From Pseudomonas phage phi297, in the sequence record HQ711984.1: 49,135 bases of DNA; one strand, written 5' to 3'. Shown one piece after another: positions 15,492 to 25,607 of the stretch; within the stretch, counting starts at the first letter, position 1; every line of letters starts with the position of its first letter. The notes beneath the pieces were generated by a model. It searched no databases. It was not told where the DNA came from and worked only from the letters and a program-made list of their open reading frames with translations. Both the position numbers and the translations under genes were made by a program.

Positions 15492-16502
15492 TCAGAGGCT
15501 GGTGACTAGATCAGAAATCGCTCGCTGGTAACGCTCGATTGGCTCGTTATTGACCTGAGGCTTCGTGTCGTAGACCTCGTAGCTGCCTGGCTTCACATCG
15601 TACAGAGGCAGACCTAGGTGCGAGGAAACAATCGCAACAGAATGGTTGTCAGGCACTTCAAATCGCTGCAATTCACCACTCTGGAAAGCGCTTGGCTTCT
15701 TGTCTTTCAGATTTCTCGCTCGCGCTTCGATATTGTCGAACATGGCTGAAAATGCCTTGCTCGCCTTTTTGTCGTATTGCGTAGAGCGATTGAAGACGAA
15801 GGAGTGAATAACAGGGACCGGAGCGCCAAATTGATTACTTCGGTCAAAGAAGCTAACGGCCTTGTAGGCGTCCTGAACATCAATCCCGTAGACCAGTTGA
15901 CCAAGGTTGTCGATCGCTCGCGCGGAAGAGCCATCGCTCGAACATGGGACGATAATCTGGTTGGCAGCCAGAAGCGCGAGTTCAGTGTAGGCCGCGAAGC
16001 TGGGATTGCAGTCGATGAAGCAGGTGGTTTCTTGCTCACCAAGGTAATTGCCACAGGCCGTTACCAGATCCTTGAGCCAGAGGTGGACATTCTTCCAAGA
16101 GTCTGCCGGCAGGCTGACGGCGCTCAATTGGTTGATTACAGGAGCCTGGACCTCAAGACTTGGATCACCTGCCAGGCAGTAAAGATTGTCTGGCATGTTG
16201 GCGTTGTGATCCTTCCCTTTCACCAAAAAAGACGTCTCACTACCCGTAATCGCATGTGCGCTACGTGTGCGGGCATCAAAATACCCGCCGATGGTTTTGC
16301 GCTGAGCAATGAGCTTTCCAAGCGCAGCGGCACCTTTGCCGTTACCGCCAAGAATGATCTCCGAAAGGTTGGCCTGCGGGCACATGTCAGCGACGATGAC
16401 GCGCTTTTCAGGATGAATTCGTGCATATTCTGACGCGATAGCAAACGTCAGGTAAGTCTTACCGACCCCACCTTTGTTGTTCCATATCGCATACGATTTC
16501 AT
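15492..16502 (-). CDS. ParA/MinD-family ATPase (deviant Walker A KGGVGKT) with ~100-aa C-terminal extension; low-GC moron at the rex position
   Basis: ATG at 16502 with RBS AGGTG. MKSYAIWNNKGGVGKTYLTFAIASEYA is a ParA-type P-loop. GC clearly below that of the surrounding phage. It sits directly downstream of cI on the same strand. Confidence 0.75.
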   Translation of the reverse strand: MKSYAIWNNKGGVGKTYLTFAIASEYARIHPEKRVIVADMCPQANLSEIILGGNGKGAAALGKLIAQRKTIGGYFDARTRSAHAITGSETSFLVKGKDHNANMPDNLYCLAGDPSLEVQAPVINQLSAVSLPADSWKNVHLWLKDLVTACGNYLGEQETTCFIDCNPSFAAYTELALLAANQIIVPCSSDGSSARAIDNLGQLVYGIDVQDAYKAVSFFDRSNQFGAPVPVIHSFVFNRSTQYDKKASKAFSAMFDNIEARARNLKDKKPSAFQSGELQRFEVPDNHSVAIVSSHLGLPLYDVKPGSYEVYDTKPQVNNEPIERYQRAISDLVTSL

Positions 16503-16685
16503 GTTTGCACCTGTCCCGGCCGTTACCTTTTTCGTGCCTTTCATTCTATCAGAACTCCCCATTATTTCGGCTGATCGCCGCAATTCCTTTCGCTCGTTGT
16601 GATTGGCGACTGACTGACTCCGCTCGCCCCACGATCCTCCACGCGCCTACCTACAGATCCCCACCCCGCCAGATGACCTTGCCTG

Positions 16686-17522
16686 TCAAAGCTTTCTGAA
16701 GTTCCAGGCTCCCAGGACCTTGGCCTGGAAATGGACGTCCTCCATTCGGGCCTTCTGCGGCTCGAAGGACTTGTTGTCCGACACCAGCAGGTAGTGCTCG
16801 GCATCGTGGATCTGCACCCGCTTCACGAACAGGTGCTGCAGCCAGGTGAAGACGTAGACGCCTTCCTCGACGAAGTCGGTAATGCCCATGTCGACGAGGA
16901 TCGGGGACTTGTCCTCGATGGTGCCCAGCATGCTCTGGCCCCACCCAGTGATGATCTTGAGGTTGGCCGGATCGGTGTACTTCAGGCCGAGATCATCCAG
17001 TTGGACCTTGTCGACGACCAGATTCCTGACGAACTCGCGGTACTCGGCCGGCACCTGGCCGCCGCCCATGGCAGCGCGCACGTCGTACTGGGCGATCGAG
17101 ATCGTATTTCCTTTCACTAGGGTGGTGCGGCTGAAGTCAGCGTGAATCACGTTGCTTTCGGCTGGGCCCGCATCACTCTCGGCGGCGTTAAGAATTCTTT
17201 CCCTTGCTTCCGCTGAAAGCTTCTGCGCCGCCTTGCTTGCCAGCATGCTGCGGACGATGTCAGCAGCAGACGACGCTGCTTGATACTCGGCGCTAGGCTC
17301 TCGGACAGAAAGCCCGGGCGGCTGACCAGTTCCTTCAGCCAGCCATTCCGGATCGACCCCACAGACGTTCGCTATCTTCAGAAGATGAACACTCTGCAAA
17401 TTCTCGCCTTTCTCAAGCTGAGAGATCACCGGCTGCGAAACGCCCACAGCCTCTGCTAGCTGTCGCTGGGTAAGGTCCGCGTGCTTGCGGGCTAGCTTGA
17501 TTCGGTCTTTGAGTGCGCTCAT
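16686..17522 (-). CDS. cI-like repressor: XRE-HTH + S24 LexA-like autopeptidase
   Basis: HTH RQLAEAVGVSQPVISQLEKG. C-terminal GWGQSM (Ser nucleophile) and VKRV (Lys). The start ATG 17522 abuts the operator cluster. Confidence 0.85.
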   Translation of the reverse strand: MSALKDRIKLARKHADLTQRQLAEAVGVSQPVISQLEKGENLQSVHLLKIANVCGVDPEWLAEGTGQPPGLSVREPSAEYQAASSAADIVRSMLASKAAQKLSAEARERILNAAESDAGPAESNVIHADFSRTTLVKGNTISIAQYDVRAAMGGGQVPAEYREFVRNLVVDKVQLDDLGLKYTDPANLKIITGWGQSMLGTIEDKSPILVDMGITDFVEEGVYVFTWLQHLFVKRVQIHDAEHYLLVSDNKSFEPQKARMEDVHFQAKVLGAWNFRKL

Positions 17523-17534
17523 CCGGGGCAATCT

Positions 17535-17595
17535 ATAAGCGCCCTTATGGACTTGCAAATAAGCCTCCTTATTAATAGGATATAAGTGTGCTTAT
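17535..17595. promoter_or_regulatory. OR-like tripartite operator: ATAAGCGCCCTTAT (17535-48), ATAAGCCTCCTTAT (17559-72), ATAAGTGTGCTTAT (17582-95), with divergent PRM/PR
   Basis: Three 14-bp palindromes at 23-24-bp spacing. Putative PR -35 TTGCAA and -10 TAGGAT overlap the two rightmost sites. Confidence 0.6.
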
Positions 17596-17612
17596 CTAGA
17601 AGGTCCATAGAA

Positions 17613-17825
17613 ATGACCCCCATCGAAAAGCTTGTTTCTTACTTCGGCGACCAGACGAAGACGGCCAAGGCCTTGGGGGTTTCCCAGGCTGCGGTTTCGT
17701 ACTGGCTGGCGGGTATCTACGTAATGCGCGCCGATCTGGCCTTCAAAGCAGAAGAGCTGACTGGTGGCGCCGTGACCGCCAAGGAACTCTGTGCTCGTCC
17801 CGTTGCAAATAGCGTCGTTGCTTGA
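17613..17825 (+). CDS. cro: Cro/YdaS-like HTH regulator (70 aa)
   Basis: ATG 17613 with RBS GAAGG. KALGVSQAAVSYWLAG is HTH-like. It is divergent from the repressor. Confidence 0.7.
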   Translation: MTPIEKLVSYFGDQTKTAKALGVSQAAVSYWLAGIYVMRADLAFKAEELTGGAVTAKELCARPVANSVVA

Positions 17826-17857
17826 TCCCGACCAATCTACCGGCCGGGAGGCCCGTC

Positions 17858-18241
17858 ATGACGAATCAAAAAAGAATCACTGTTCAAGAGGCTGAAAACC
17901 AGGCTGCGCACCGCCGCCAGATCGAACTGATCTTTGCCCGGGCCTGTGCTGAGTCGCTGAAGGAATCGGTCGGTTTCATCTTGCGTGACGACTTGAAGGA
18001 GGAGAAGGCCAGGGCTCACGGCGAAGCATTTGCCTCGGCCTTCGTATTCATGTCGCGCTACTTCACATCCGAAGCGGCTGCGTCACAGCAGGATGAGATT
18101 GCTTCTCGCCAAGACCACTCGCGTAGTACTCCCGAAGCTGCATCTCAAGCGAGCGAAGCATCTCTTTGTCCAGAGTTGCTGTCGTTGCTGAAAACCCAAA
18201 AGTCGACCCAGGAACGTATCGACCAGCTATTAGCGCGTTGA
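17858..18241 (+). CDS. hypothetical early protein (127 aa)
   Basis: ATG 17858 with RBS GGGAGG. This is a lower-GC immunity-region gene. Confidence 0.5.
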   Translation: MTNQKRITVQEAENQAAHRRQIELIFARACAESLKESVGFILRDDLKEEKARAHGEAFASAFVFMSRYFTSEAAASQQDEIASRQDHSRSTPEAASQASEASLCPELLSLLKTQKSTQERIDQLLAR

Positions 18242-18408
18242 GGGTGTCGCGTGCCATTTGCTCTACAGATTTTTCGGTCATGTCCGGCCTCCGATGGCCT
18301 TTTCGTGTGGAAGCAAAAAGCTACCACGGATGTGCCGGACTCCATCTTCCGCCGATCCCGAGAGTCGCTCGGGGTTGAGAAAGGCTAATCCCGGAGAAAC
18401 GCCACGTC

Positions 18409-18981
18409 ATGCGAAGCGAATCGCACACCCTGATTTCCACGCTGCTCGGCGTGGTGAACCAATGGCGCCGCCGAGAGGGGTGGAGCCGAGAGACCGTCGT
18501 CCAGCACATCGTGGAGGCGCACGAGCGCATCCAGGGAGCGCTGGTCACCGGCATCATCTTCGACCCGCCAACACGCGATACAACCGAGCGGATGAAGGTC
18601 AACGCCGACCGCGTGTTCCGCTGGCTCGACGACGGAACCAAGGACACCAACCTGGTGCCAGCGAACTTCGTACCCAGCATCCTCGCCGCGCTGCCGACTG
18701 ACCTGAAGGTCCAGGCCCTGGGCGACATCCTGACGCCGTTGGGAGTGTCGGTGCGCTTGATCGGCGGCGATGCCGGCCAGCGGCCGGAGGTGCTCTGCAT
18801 GCTCCGGACACTCATCAAGGAGAACGGTGAGGCACAGCAGGCTGTTGCCAACCTCGTCGACGGCGCTGATGACCAGGAACTGCAGGAGGCCCACCGGGAG
18901 CTCTCCGAATCCAGGGCGGCGACCGATGAGGCGCTGCGGATGATCGACCAGATGCGCCGGCCGCGCCTTGTTCAGGGGTAG
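18409..18981 (+). CDS. hypothetical early regulatory protein (190 aa), possibly CII-like
   Basis: Track ORF positioned after cro. No recognisable motif. Confidence 0.45.
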   Translation: MRSESHTLISTLLGVVNQWRRREGWSRETVVQHIVEAHERIQGALVTGIIFDPPTRDTTERMKVNADRVFRWLDDGTKDTNLVPANFVPSILAALPTDLKVQALGDILTPLGVSVRLIGGDAGQRPEVLCMLRTLIKENGEAQQAVANLVDGADDQELQEAHRELSESRAATDEALRMIDQMRRPRLVQG

Positions 18982-18983
18982 CC

Positions 18984-19251
18984 GTGCCGTCCTTCCAGAT
19001 TGGCCAGCCGGACGGCGAAGAATTCCGTGGTCCGGACGCTCGCCCGGTCACCGAGGTACTCGATTGCGTGCTGAGCGGGCTCGGTAGGTCCGCGCCAGTT
19101 CCGGCGGGAAGCGTCGAGTTTCACCAGCAGATGGCTCTGCAGGCCGCCCAGCAGATCAAGCAGAGCTACAGCCATATCGCGAAAGAGAAAGCTCGCCGGG
19201 AGTGCCTTGCGCATCTCCGGGCATCGTTACGCAGGCCGAAGGAGGCCTTCC

Positions 19252-19265
<14 letters not shown>
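18984..19265 (+). CDS. hypothetical protein (93 aa, GTG start)
   Basis: Fills the gap between 18981 and the initiator gene. Weak RBS. Confidence 0.3.
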
Positions 19266-20266
<1,001 letters not shown>

Positions 20267-20274
<8 letters not shown>

Positions 20275-21682
20275 CCCGTTCAGCCTGGAAGCCGAGCATG
20301 GCGTTCTGGGTGCCATGCTCCTGCGCAACGAGTTGATCGACGTGCTGTCGGCAGACCTGACCCCGGAGGATTTCTACTGGCCAGAGAACGGCGACCTGTA
20401 CCGCGCCATCCTGGCTCTGCACAGCGACAGCCAGCCGGCAGACATCGTGACTGTCGGTGAATTTCTGGGCGACCGGTACCAGGTCCAAACCACTGACGGC
20501 GTGATCACCGGGATGGCCTACATCGGCCAGATCATCCAGAACACGCCCAGCGTGGCGAACGCCGGAACCTACTCGCGGATCGTTCGGGAGCGAGCGGTTG
20601 ACCGAGCTCTGGCGGCTGCGGGGGACAGACTCCACGAGCTGGCACTCAGCGAGGCCGCCCAGGCCGACAAGGTCGGCGCCGCCCAGGCCATGGTCATGGC
20701 GCTGGACTCGAAGACCTCGACGCACGAGGTGCGCCATGCCGCTGACGTGCTGACCGACCACATCGAGGAGTTGCAGCGCCGCTCCGACCTCGGCGGGAAG
20801 CTGGATGGGCTGTCAACCGGCATCGGCGACCTGGACCAGAAACTGATGGGTCTGAAGCCTGGCGACATGGTCGTGATTGCTGGTCGTCCTGCGATGGGCA
20901 AGACCGCCCTGGCGATCAACATCGCCGAGCATGTCGCCTGCGACCTGGGTGACCCGGCCCTCGTGGTCTCGCTGGAGATGACCAACGGCGGGCTGATGGA
21001 TCGCATCCTGGCATCCCTCGGTCGCATCCCGCTGACCGCGATCAAGGACGGCTCCGCACCGTCCAGCCACGGTGCCGAACTGGGATCTGCCTCGCTGAAG
21101 GTCAAGCGCTCGAAGTTGTACATGGCCGATCGCCCCGGGCTGAACGCCGCTCGACTGCGGGCCCTGGCCCGGCGTCACAAGCAGCGCCATGGGTTGAGCC
21201 TGCTGGTGGTGGACTACCTGCAGCTGCTGGAGAGCTCCGGCAAGTCCACTCGCACCGAGGACGTCAGCGACATGTCCCGCCAGTGCAAGCTGCTGGCGAT
21301 GGAGCTTGGTATCCCCGTGATCGTGCTGTCGCAGCTCAACCGCTCCCTGGAGCAGCGGCCGAACAAGCGACCGATGATGTCGGACCTGCGCGAGTCCGGG
21401 GCGATCGAGCAGGACGCCGATGTGATCATGTTCGTGTACCGCGACGAGGTCTACCACCCGGATACCCAGTACCGCGGCGTGGCTGAGTTGATCATCGCGA
21501 AGCACCGCAACGGCGAGCCAAGCACTGTTCGGTGCGCGTTCCTGGGTAAGTACTCGCGATTCGAGCAGCTCGCTCCGGGCGCGCTGGACGAGTTCGATTT
21601 CGACGAGCCTCAGCAGGCGCCGAAGGTCACCAGCATGGCGGAGCGCTACCGCGGGATGAAGGGAGGGCGCGCCAATGGCTGA
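20267..21682 (+). CDS. dnaB: DnaB-family replicative helicase
   Basis: Walker A AGRPAMGKT. Further DnaB-like conserved blocks. 471 aa. Confidence 0.9.
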
Positions 21683-22124
21683 CCTCCGCCCGGTGATGTT
21701 CACCGTACCCGGCGAGCCGGTGGGGAAGGGGAGACCGCGTATCGGTCGCGTCGGCGCCCACGCCAGGATGTTCACGCCGGCGAAGACGGCGGCCTACGAA
21801 GGCCTGGTAGCCATGGCTGCCCAGGAAGCGCTCGCAGGACGCCCCCTGATCGCCGGCCCCGTGCTCATCGAACTGCGGATGTTCCACCCCATTCCGCGGT
21901 CCTGGTCGAAGAAGCGCCAGGCCATGGCCTTGGTCGGCGAGGTCATGCCTACCGTGAAATGCGATGCCGACAACTGCCTGAAGGCGGTGTGTGACGCGCT
22001 CAATGGGGTGGCCTGGAAGGACGACACCCAGGTCGTCAACGTGATGCTGGCGAAGCGGTACGCCGAGGTACCGCGCGTCGAGGTGAAGATTGTTCCGCTG
22101 ATGGCCCAGGGAGCGCAGCGGTGA
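21675..22124 (+). CDS. rusA: RusA Holliday-junction resolvase
   Basis: PGEPVGKGRPR near the N-terminus and KCDADNCLKAVCDALNGVAWKDDTQV. Confidence 0.85.
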   Translation: MADLRPVMFTVPGEPVGKGRPRIGRVGAHARMFTPAKTAAYEGLVAMAAQEALAGRPLIAGPVLIELRMFHPIPRSWSKKRQAMALVGEVMPTVKCDADNCLKAVCDALNGVAWKDDTQVVNVMLAKRYAEVPRVEVKIVPLMAQGAQR

Positions 22125-22152
22125 CTACAGGAAACTACAGGGGAGAGTCGAA

Positions 22153-22839
22153 ATGAGACTGATCAGCGCGCGCCAGGCTTGGCAGGACGCGTACCACATC
22201 CCGGGTGCGTCGGTGATGGCGAAAGCCATCGAAGACGCCGAAGAGGCGACACGGAAGACCAGGGCGAAGCGCCGCAAGAAACTGGTGGCCCGCTTCCCCG
22301 AGGGGTACCAGGGCGAGAGCAAGGAGCCGGAGGGCCTGTTCCCCATCGACTCCCAGATCATCGCCGCCTACGAGACGCGGACCGGGCGGGCCGCGGGAAA
22401 CCTGAACCGCTGCCAGCACATGCTCGCCGCCGGCAAGGTGATGCATGCGATCAGCACGCTTCCGGCGCCGCTGCAGCACCTCGGCCACTTCCTGTACTCG
22501 CCGCTGGCGAACGGGGTCGACCAGAACCGCGCGCAGTCCTTCCTGTACTTCTCGGCGGATCTCCCGAAGATGAACAAGCCCCGCCAGGAGGTCGCTTACT
22601 GGGTGGCCTTGGCGGCGATGCACTCGTGGAAGGACATGGTGAACGGCCGGGAGGAGTGGTGGCCTGGCAAGGTAATCCAGTTCCTGGCGGACTGGCCGGG
22701 GTTCGTACTGTACGCCGCGAATTGGGAGCGTGACTGGGCGGCGATCTGGGAGATTTTCATGCAGGAGCTCAACCGACTGGACGCCCAGGCTCTGGTGCCG
22801 GTGGCGCAGGTGGTTGCGGCCCAACGGGACGCCGCTTGA
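22153..22839 (+). CDS. putative late-gene antiterminator (Q-like)
   Basis: Assignment rests on position (after rusA, before the holins) and the downstream promoter plus short-leader terminator. RBS GGAGAG. No strong motif. Confidence 0.35.
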   Translation: MRLISARQAWQDAYHIPGASVMAKAIEDAEEATRKTRAKRRKKLVARFPEGYQGESKEPEGLFPIDSQIIAAYETRTGRAAGNLNRCQHMLAAGKVMHAISTLPAPLQHLGHFLYSPLANGVDQNRAQSFLYFSADLPKMNKPRQEVAYWVALAAMHSWKDMVNGREEWWPGKVIQFLADWPGFVLYAANWERDWAAIWEIFMQELNRLDAQALVPVAQVVAAQRDAA

Positions 22840-22908
22840 CATTTTGATAAGAGATTTGGGAGTATTTTCCCAGTTTGCGAAGTAGCACCCAATCAAAAGA
22901 TTCCCCCG

Positions 22909-22936
22909 AAAACCCGGCCCTGGCGCCGGGTTTTTT
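22909..22936 (+). terminator. tR'-like intrinsic terminator (AAAACCCGGC-N6-GCCGGGTTTT TT)
   Basis: 10-bp stem plus T-tract, 18 bp upstream of the first late gene. Confidence 0.55.
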
Positions 22937-22953
22937 CGTTTCTGGAGTACCCC

Positions 22954-23343
22954 ATGGCTGAACCGACGAGCAGCGGAGCAGTAGCAGCAGCCGGCGCCGT
23001 CGGGCTCACTGCCACCGCAATCATCCCCGGAGTCGACGTAAATGCGGTGATCGGCGGCTTCGCCGGCGCGCTGCTGTTCGTGCTCTGGGCTCACGACCTG
23101 ACCATGGCCAGGCGCCTCGGCTACCTGCTGGCGTCCTGGGTGGGCGGCTACTACGCCGCCACCGAGGCTGTCGGGCGGGGCGCGACCCAGTTCTCCGGAC
23201 TTCCCGCGCTGGTCACCGCCGCGCTGATCGTCACCATCCTGATCGGCGTGCTCGACTGGATGATTGGTGGCCGCGCGCCGGCATGGCTCCAGATCGTTCT
23301 GCAGCGCATCGTCGGCATGATCGGAGGCCGGAAAGATGGTTGA
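22954..23343 (+). CDS. putative holin (129 aa, multiple TM helices)
   Basis: First late gene. Hydrophobic segments and a charged C-terminus. Confidence 0.45.
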   Translation: MAEPTSSGAVAAAGAVGLTATAIIPGVDVNAVIGGFAGALLFVLWAHDLTMARRLGYLLASWVGGYYAATEAVGRGATQFSGLPALVTAALIVTILIGVLDWMIGGRAPAWLQIVLQRIVGMIGGRKDG

Positions 23344-23620
23344 CCTGGTGACCCTGGCGGCTGCGGCCGTCTGCGGCGCTATCAGTTGCCGCATCTTCAC
23401 GTACCAGCGCCACGGTGCCACGTACCGGTTCGGCGTCTCGCTCTGCGCATACATCCTCGCCGCTGGGACCGGCATGCAGGCGCTGTCGATCAGCCTGGCC
23501 GTGCTGATGGCGCGCCACGCGACGCCGATATCGCCCTACCTGCTCGCGGTCCTGGTTGTGCTGCTGGTGCTGGTCTACCGCAACAAGGGCAACATCGCGC
23601 CCATCCTGAGGCTCAGTTGA
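23336..23620 (+). CDS. putative holin/antiholin (94 aa, 3 TM)
   Basis: Second small membrane protein, overlapping the first. Confidence 0.4.
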   Translation: MVDLVTLAAAAVCGAISCRIFTYQRHGATYRFGVSLCAYILAAGTGMQALSISLAVLMARHATPISPYLLAVLVVLLVLVYRNKGNIAPILRLS

Positions 23621-23628
23621 GGTGATCC

Positions 23629-24171
23629 ATGGCGCTAACAGCAAAGCAGCGCCGCTTCGTCGCCGAGTACCTGCTCGACCTCAATGCGACCCAGGCGGCA
23701 ATCAGGGCCGGGTACAGCAAGAATCGCGCGTCCGAGATCGGTTACCAACTGCTGCAGAAGCCGGACATCACGTCCGCCATCCAGGAAGCTATGAAGCAGC
23801 GCTCCGAGCGCACCAGGTCTGACGCCGACTACGTCGTCCGGCGCCTGGAGGAGATCGACCAGATGGACCTCCTGGACATTGTCAATGATGACCTGACCCT
23901 GCGCCCGCTCAGCCAGTGGCCCAAGGCCTGGCGCCAGTACCTCAGCGGCTTCGACCTGGCCGAGATGTTCGAGGGCAAGGGCGACTCCCGCGCGGCGGTC
24001 GGCATCCTCAAGAAGATCAAATGGCCGGACAAGGTGAAGAACCTGGAACTGCTCGGCCGGCACCACGGCGTGTTCACCGACAAGTTCGAGCACTCTGGCC
24101 CCGGCGGCGGGCCCATTCCCACCATGCCGACCATGATCGAACTGGTGGCACCTGGTGAAAGCACGGATTGA
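23629..24171 (+). CDS. terS: terminase small subunit
   Basis: LTAKQRRFVAEYLLDLNATQAAIRAGYS is the Terminase_2 signature. Confidence 0.8.
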   Translation: MALTAKQRRFVAEYLLDLNATQAAIRAGYSKNRASEIGYQLLQKPDITSAIQEAMKQRSERTRSDADYVVRRLEEIDQMDLLDIVNDDLTLRPLSQWPKAWRQYLSGFDLAEMFEGKGDSRAAVGILKKIKWPDKVKNLELLGRHHGVFTDKFEHSGPGGGPIPTMPTMIELVAPGESTD

Positions 24172-25408
24172 ACTCCCACCAAAGCTGATTCCGGTCTTCT
24201 CCGGGCCAGCACGGTACCGCGGCGCCTACGGCGGGCGGGGCAGCGGTAAGACCCGCAGTTTCGCGAAGATGGCGGCGATCCGAGCCTACATGTTCGCCGA
24301 GGCTGGCATCTCCGGGCAGATTCTCTGCGGCCGGGAGTACATGAACAGCCTGGAAGACTCCTCCATGGAGGAGGTCAAGCAGGCGATCCGGTCCGAACCC
24401 TGGCTCAACGCCTACTTCGAGATCGGCGAGAAGTTCATCCGCACCCGCAACCGACGAGTGTGGTTCTCGTTCTCCGGCTTGCGCCACAACCTCGACAGCA
24501 TCAAGTCGAAGGCGCGCATCCTCATCGCTTGGGTCGATGAGGCCGAGAACGTCAGCGAGATCGCCTGGCAGAAGCTGCTGCCGACGGTCCGCGAGTGCGA
24601 CTCCGAAGTCTGGATCACCTGGAACCCGGAGAAGGACGGCAGCCCGACCGACACTAGGTTCCGGAAGAATATTCCGGCCGGCGCCAAGATCGTCGAGCTG
24701 AACTACACGGACAACCCTTGGTTCCCCGATGTCCTCGATCAGGAGCGCCTGAACGACCGGGAGACGCTGGACGACCAGACCTATGCCTGGATCTGGGATG
24801 GCGCCTACCGTGAGAACAGCGACGCGCAAATCCTGTCCGGCAAGTACCGGGTAGCCGAGTTCACGCCGGGCCCGGGCTGGGACGGCCCTTACTACGGCCT
24901 GGACTGGGGCTTCAGCCAGGACCCTACGGCCGGCGTGAAGCTCTGGGTGCATGACCGCCGGCTCTGGGTCGAGTACGAGGCCAGCAAGGTCGGCCTCGAA
25001 AACGACGACATCGCCCAGTTCATGATCGACCGTCTGCCTGGCATCGAACTGCATGCCGTGCGGGCCGATTCGGCCAGGCCGGAGACAATCAGCCACGTCA
25101 AGAGCAAGGGGCGCGACCACAAGCGCGCCAACTTGCCGCGCATCGAGCCGGTGGCGAAGTGGCAAGGCAGCGTCGAGGACGGCATCGCGCATCTGCGCAG
25201 CTATGTCGAAATTGTCATTCACGTGCGCTGTACCGGCTTCCTGCGCGAGGCCCGGCTCTACAGCTACAAGGTCGACCGCCTGACCGGTGACGTGCTCACC
25301 GAGATCATCGACAAGAACAACCACTTCATGGACGCGAGCCGCTACGCGTTGGGCCCGCTGATCAAGCGCCGCGGCGCGGTCGGTATGCTGCTACCAGGAG
25401 CCCGCTGA
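24155..25408 (+). CDS. terL: terminase large subunit
   Basis: Walker A YGGRGSGKT. C-terminal nuclease-domain acidic residues. Confidence 0.9.
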   Translation: MKARIELPPKLIPVFSGPARYRGAYGGRGSGKTRSFAKMAAIRAYMFAEAGISGQILCGREYMNSLEDSSMEEVKQAIRSEPWLNAYFEIGEKFIRTRNRRVWFSFSGLRHNLDSIKSKARILIAWVDEAENVSEIAWQKLLPTVRECDSEVWITWNPEKDGSPTDTRFRKNIPAGAKIVELNYTDNPWFPDVLDQERLNDRETLDDQTYAWIWDGAYRENSDAQILSGKYRVAEFTPGPGWDGPYYGLDWGFSQDPTAGVKLWVHDRRLWVEYEASKVGLENDDIAQFMIDRLPGIELHAVRADSARPETISHVKSKGRDHKRANLPRIEPVAKWQGSVEDGIAHLRSYVEIVIHVRCTGFLREARLYSYKVDRLTGDVLTEIIDKNNHFMDASRYALGPLIKRRGAVGMLLPGAR

Positions 25409-25605
25409 TGGCCATCTTCATCCTCAAGGAGCGCGCAACCAGCCGCTCCATGGTGGTCCGTGCTCGCTGCACGTCCTGCGCCCGCACCGTGGCGGTCGAG
25501 AACGCTGGCGCCGAGGGGACGATGGTCTGGCGCGACCCCAACCTCTCTTCTGTTGAACTGGTCCGCGAAACGGACAAGCCAGGCCTCATCCTGAAATCGG
25601 ACTGA
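25408..25605 (+). CDS. hypothetical protein (65 aa)
   Basis: Small ORF bridging terL and the portal gene. Confidence 0.3.
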   Translation: MAIFILKERATSRSMVVRARCTSCARTVAVENAGAEGTMVWRDPNLSSVELVRETDKPGLILKSD

Positions 25606-25607
25606 TC

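Noticed and set aside
22135-23475. 446-aa minus-strand ORF across the Q-like and holin genes
   Set aside because: It is antisense to a rightward operon. It is Arg/Pro-rich and lacks a start context.
24074-25324. 416-aa minus-strand ORF opposite the terminase large subunit
   Set aside because: It is an antisense frame artefact. The terminase large subunit has clear motifs.
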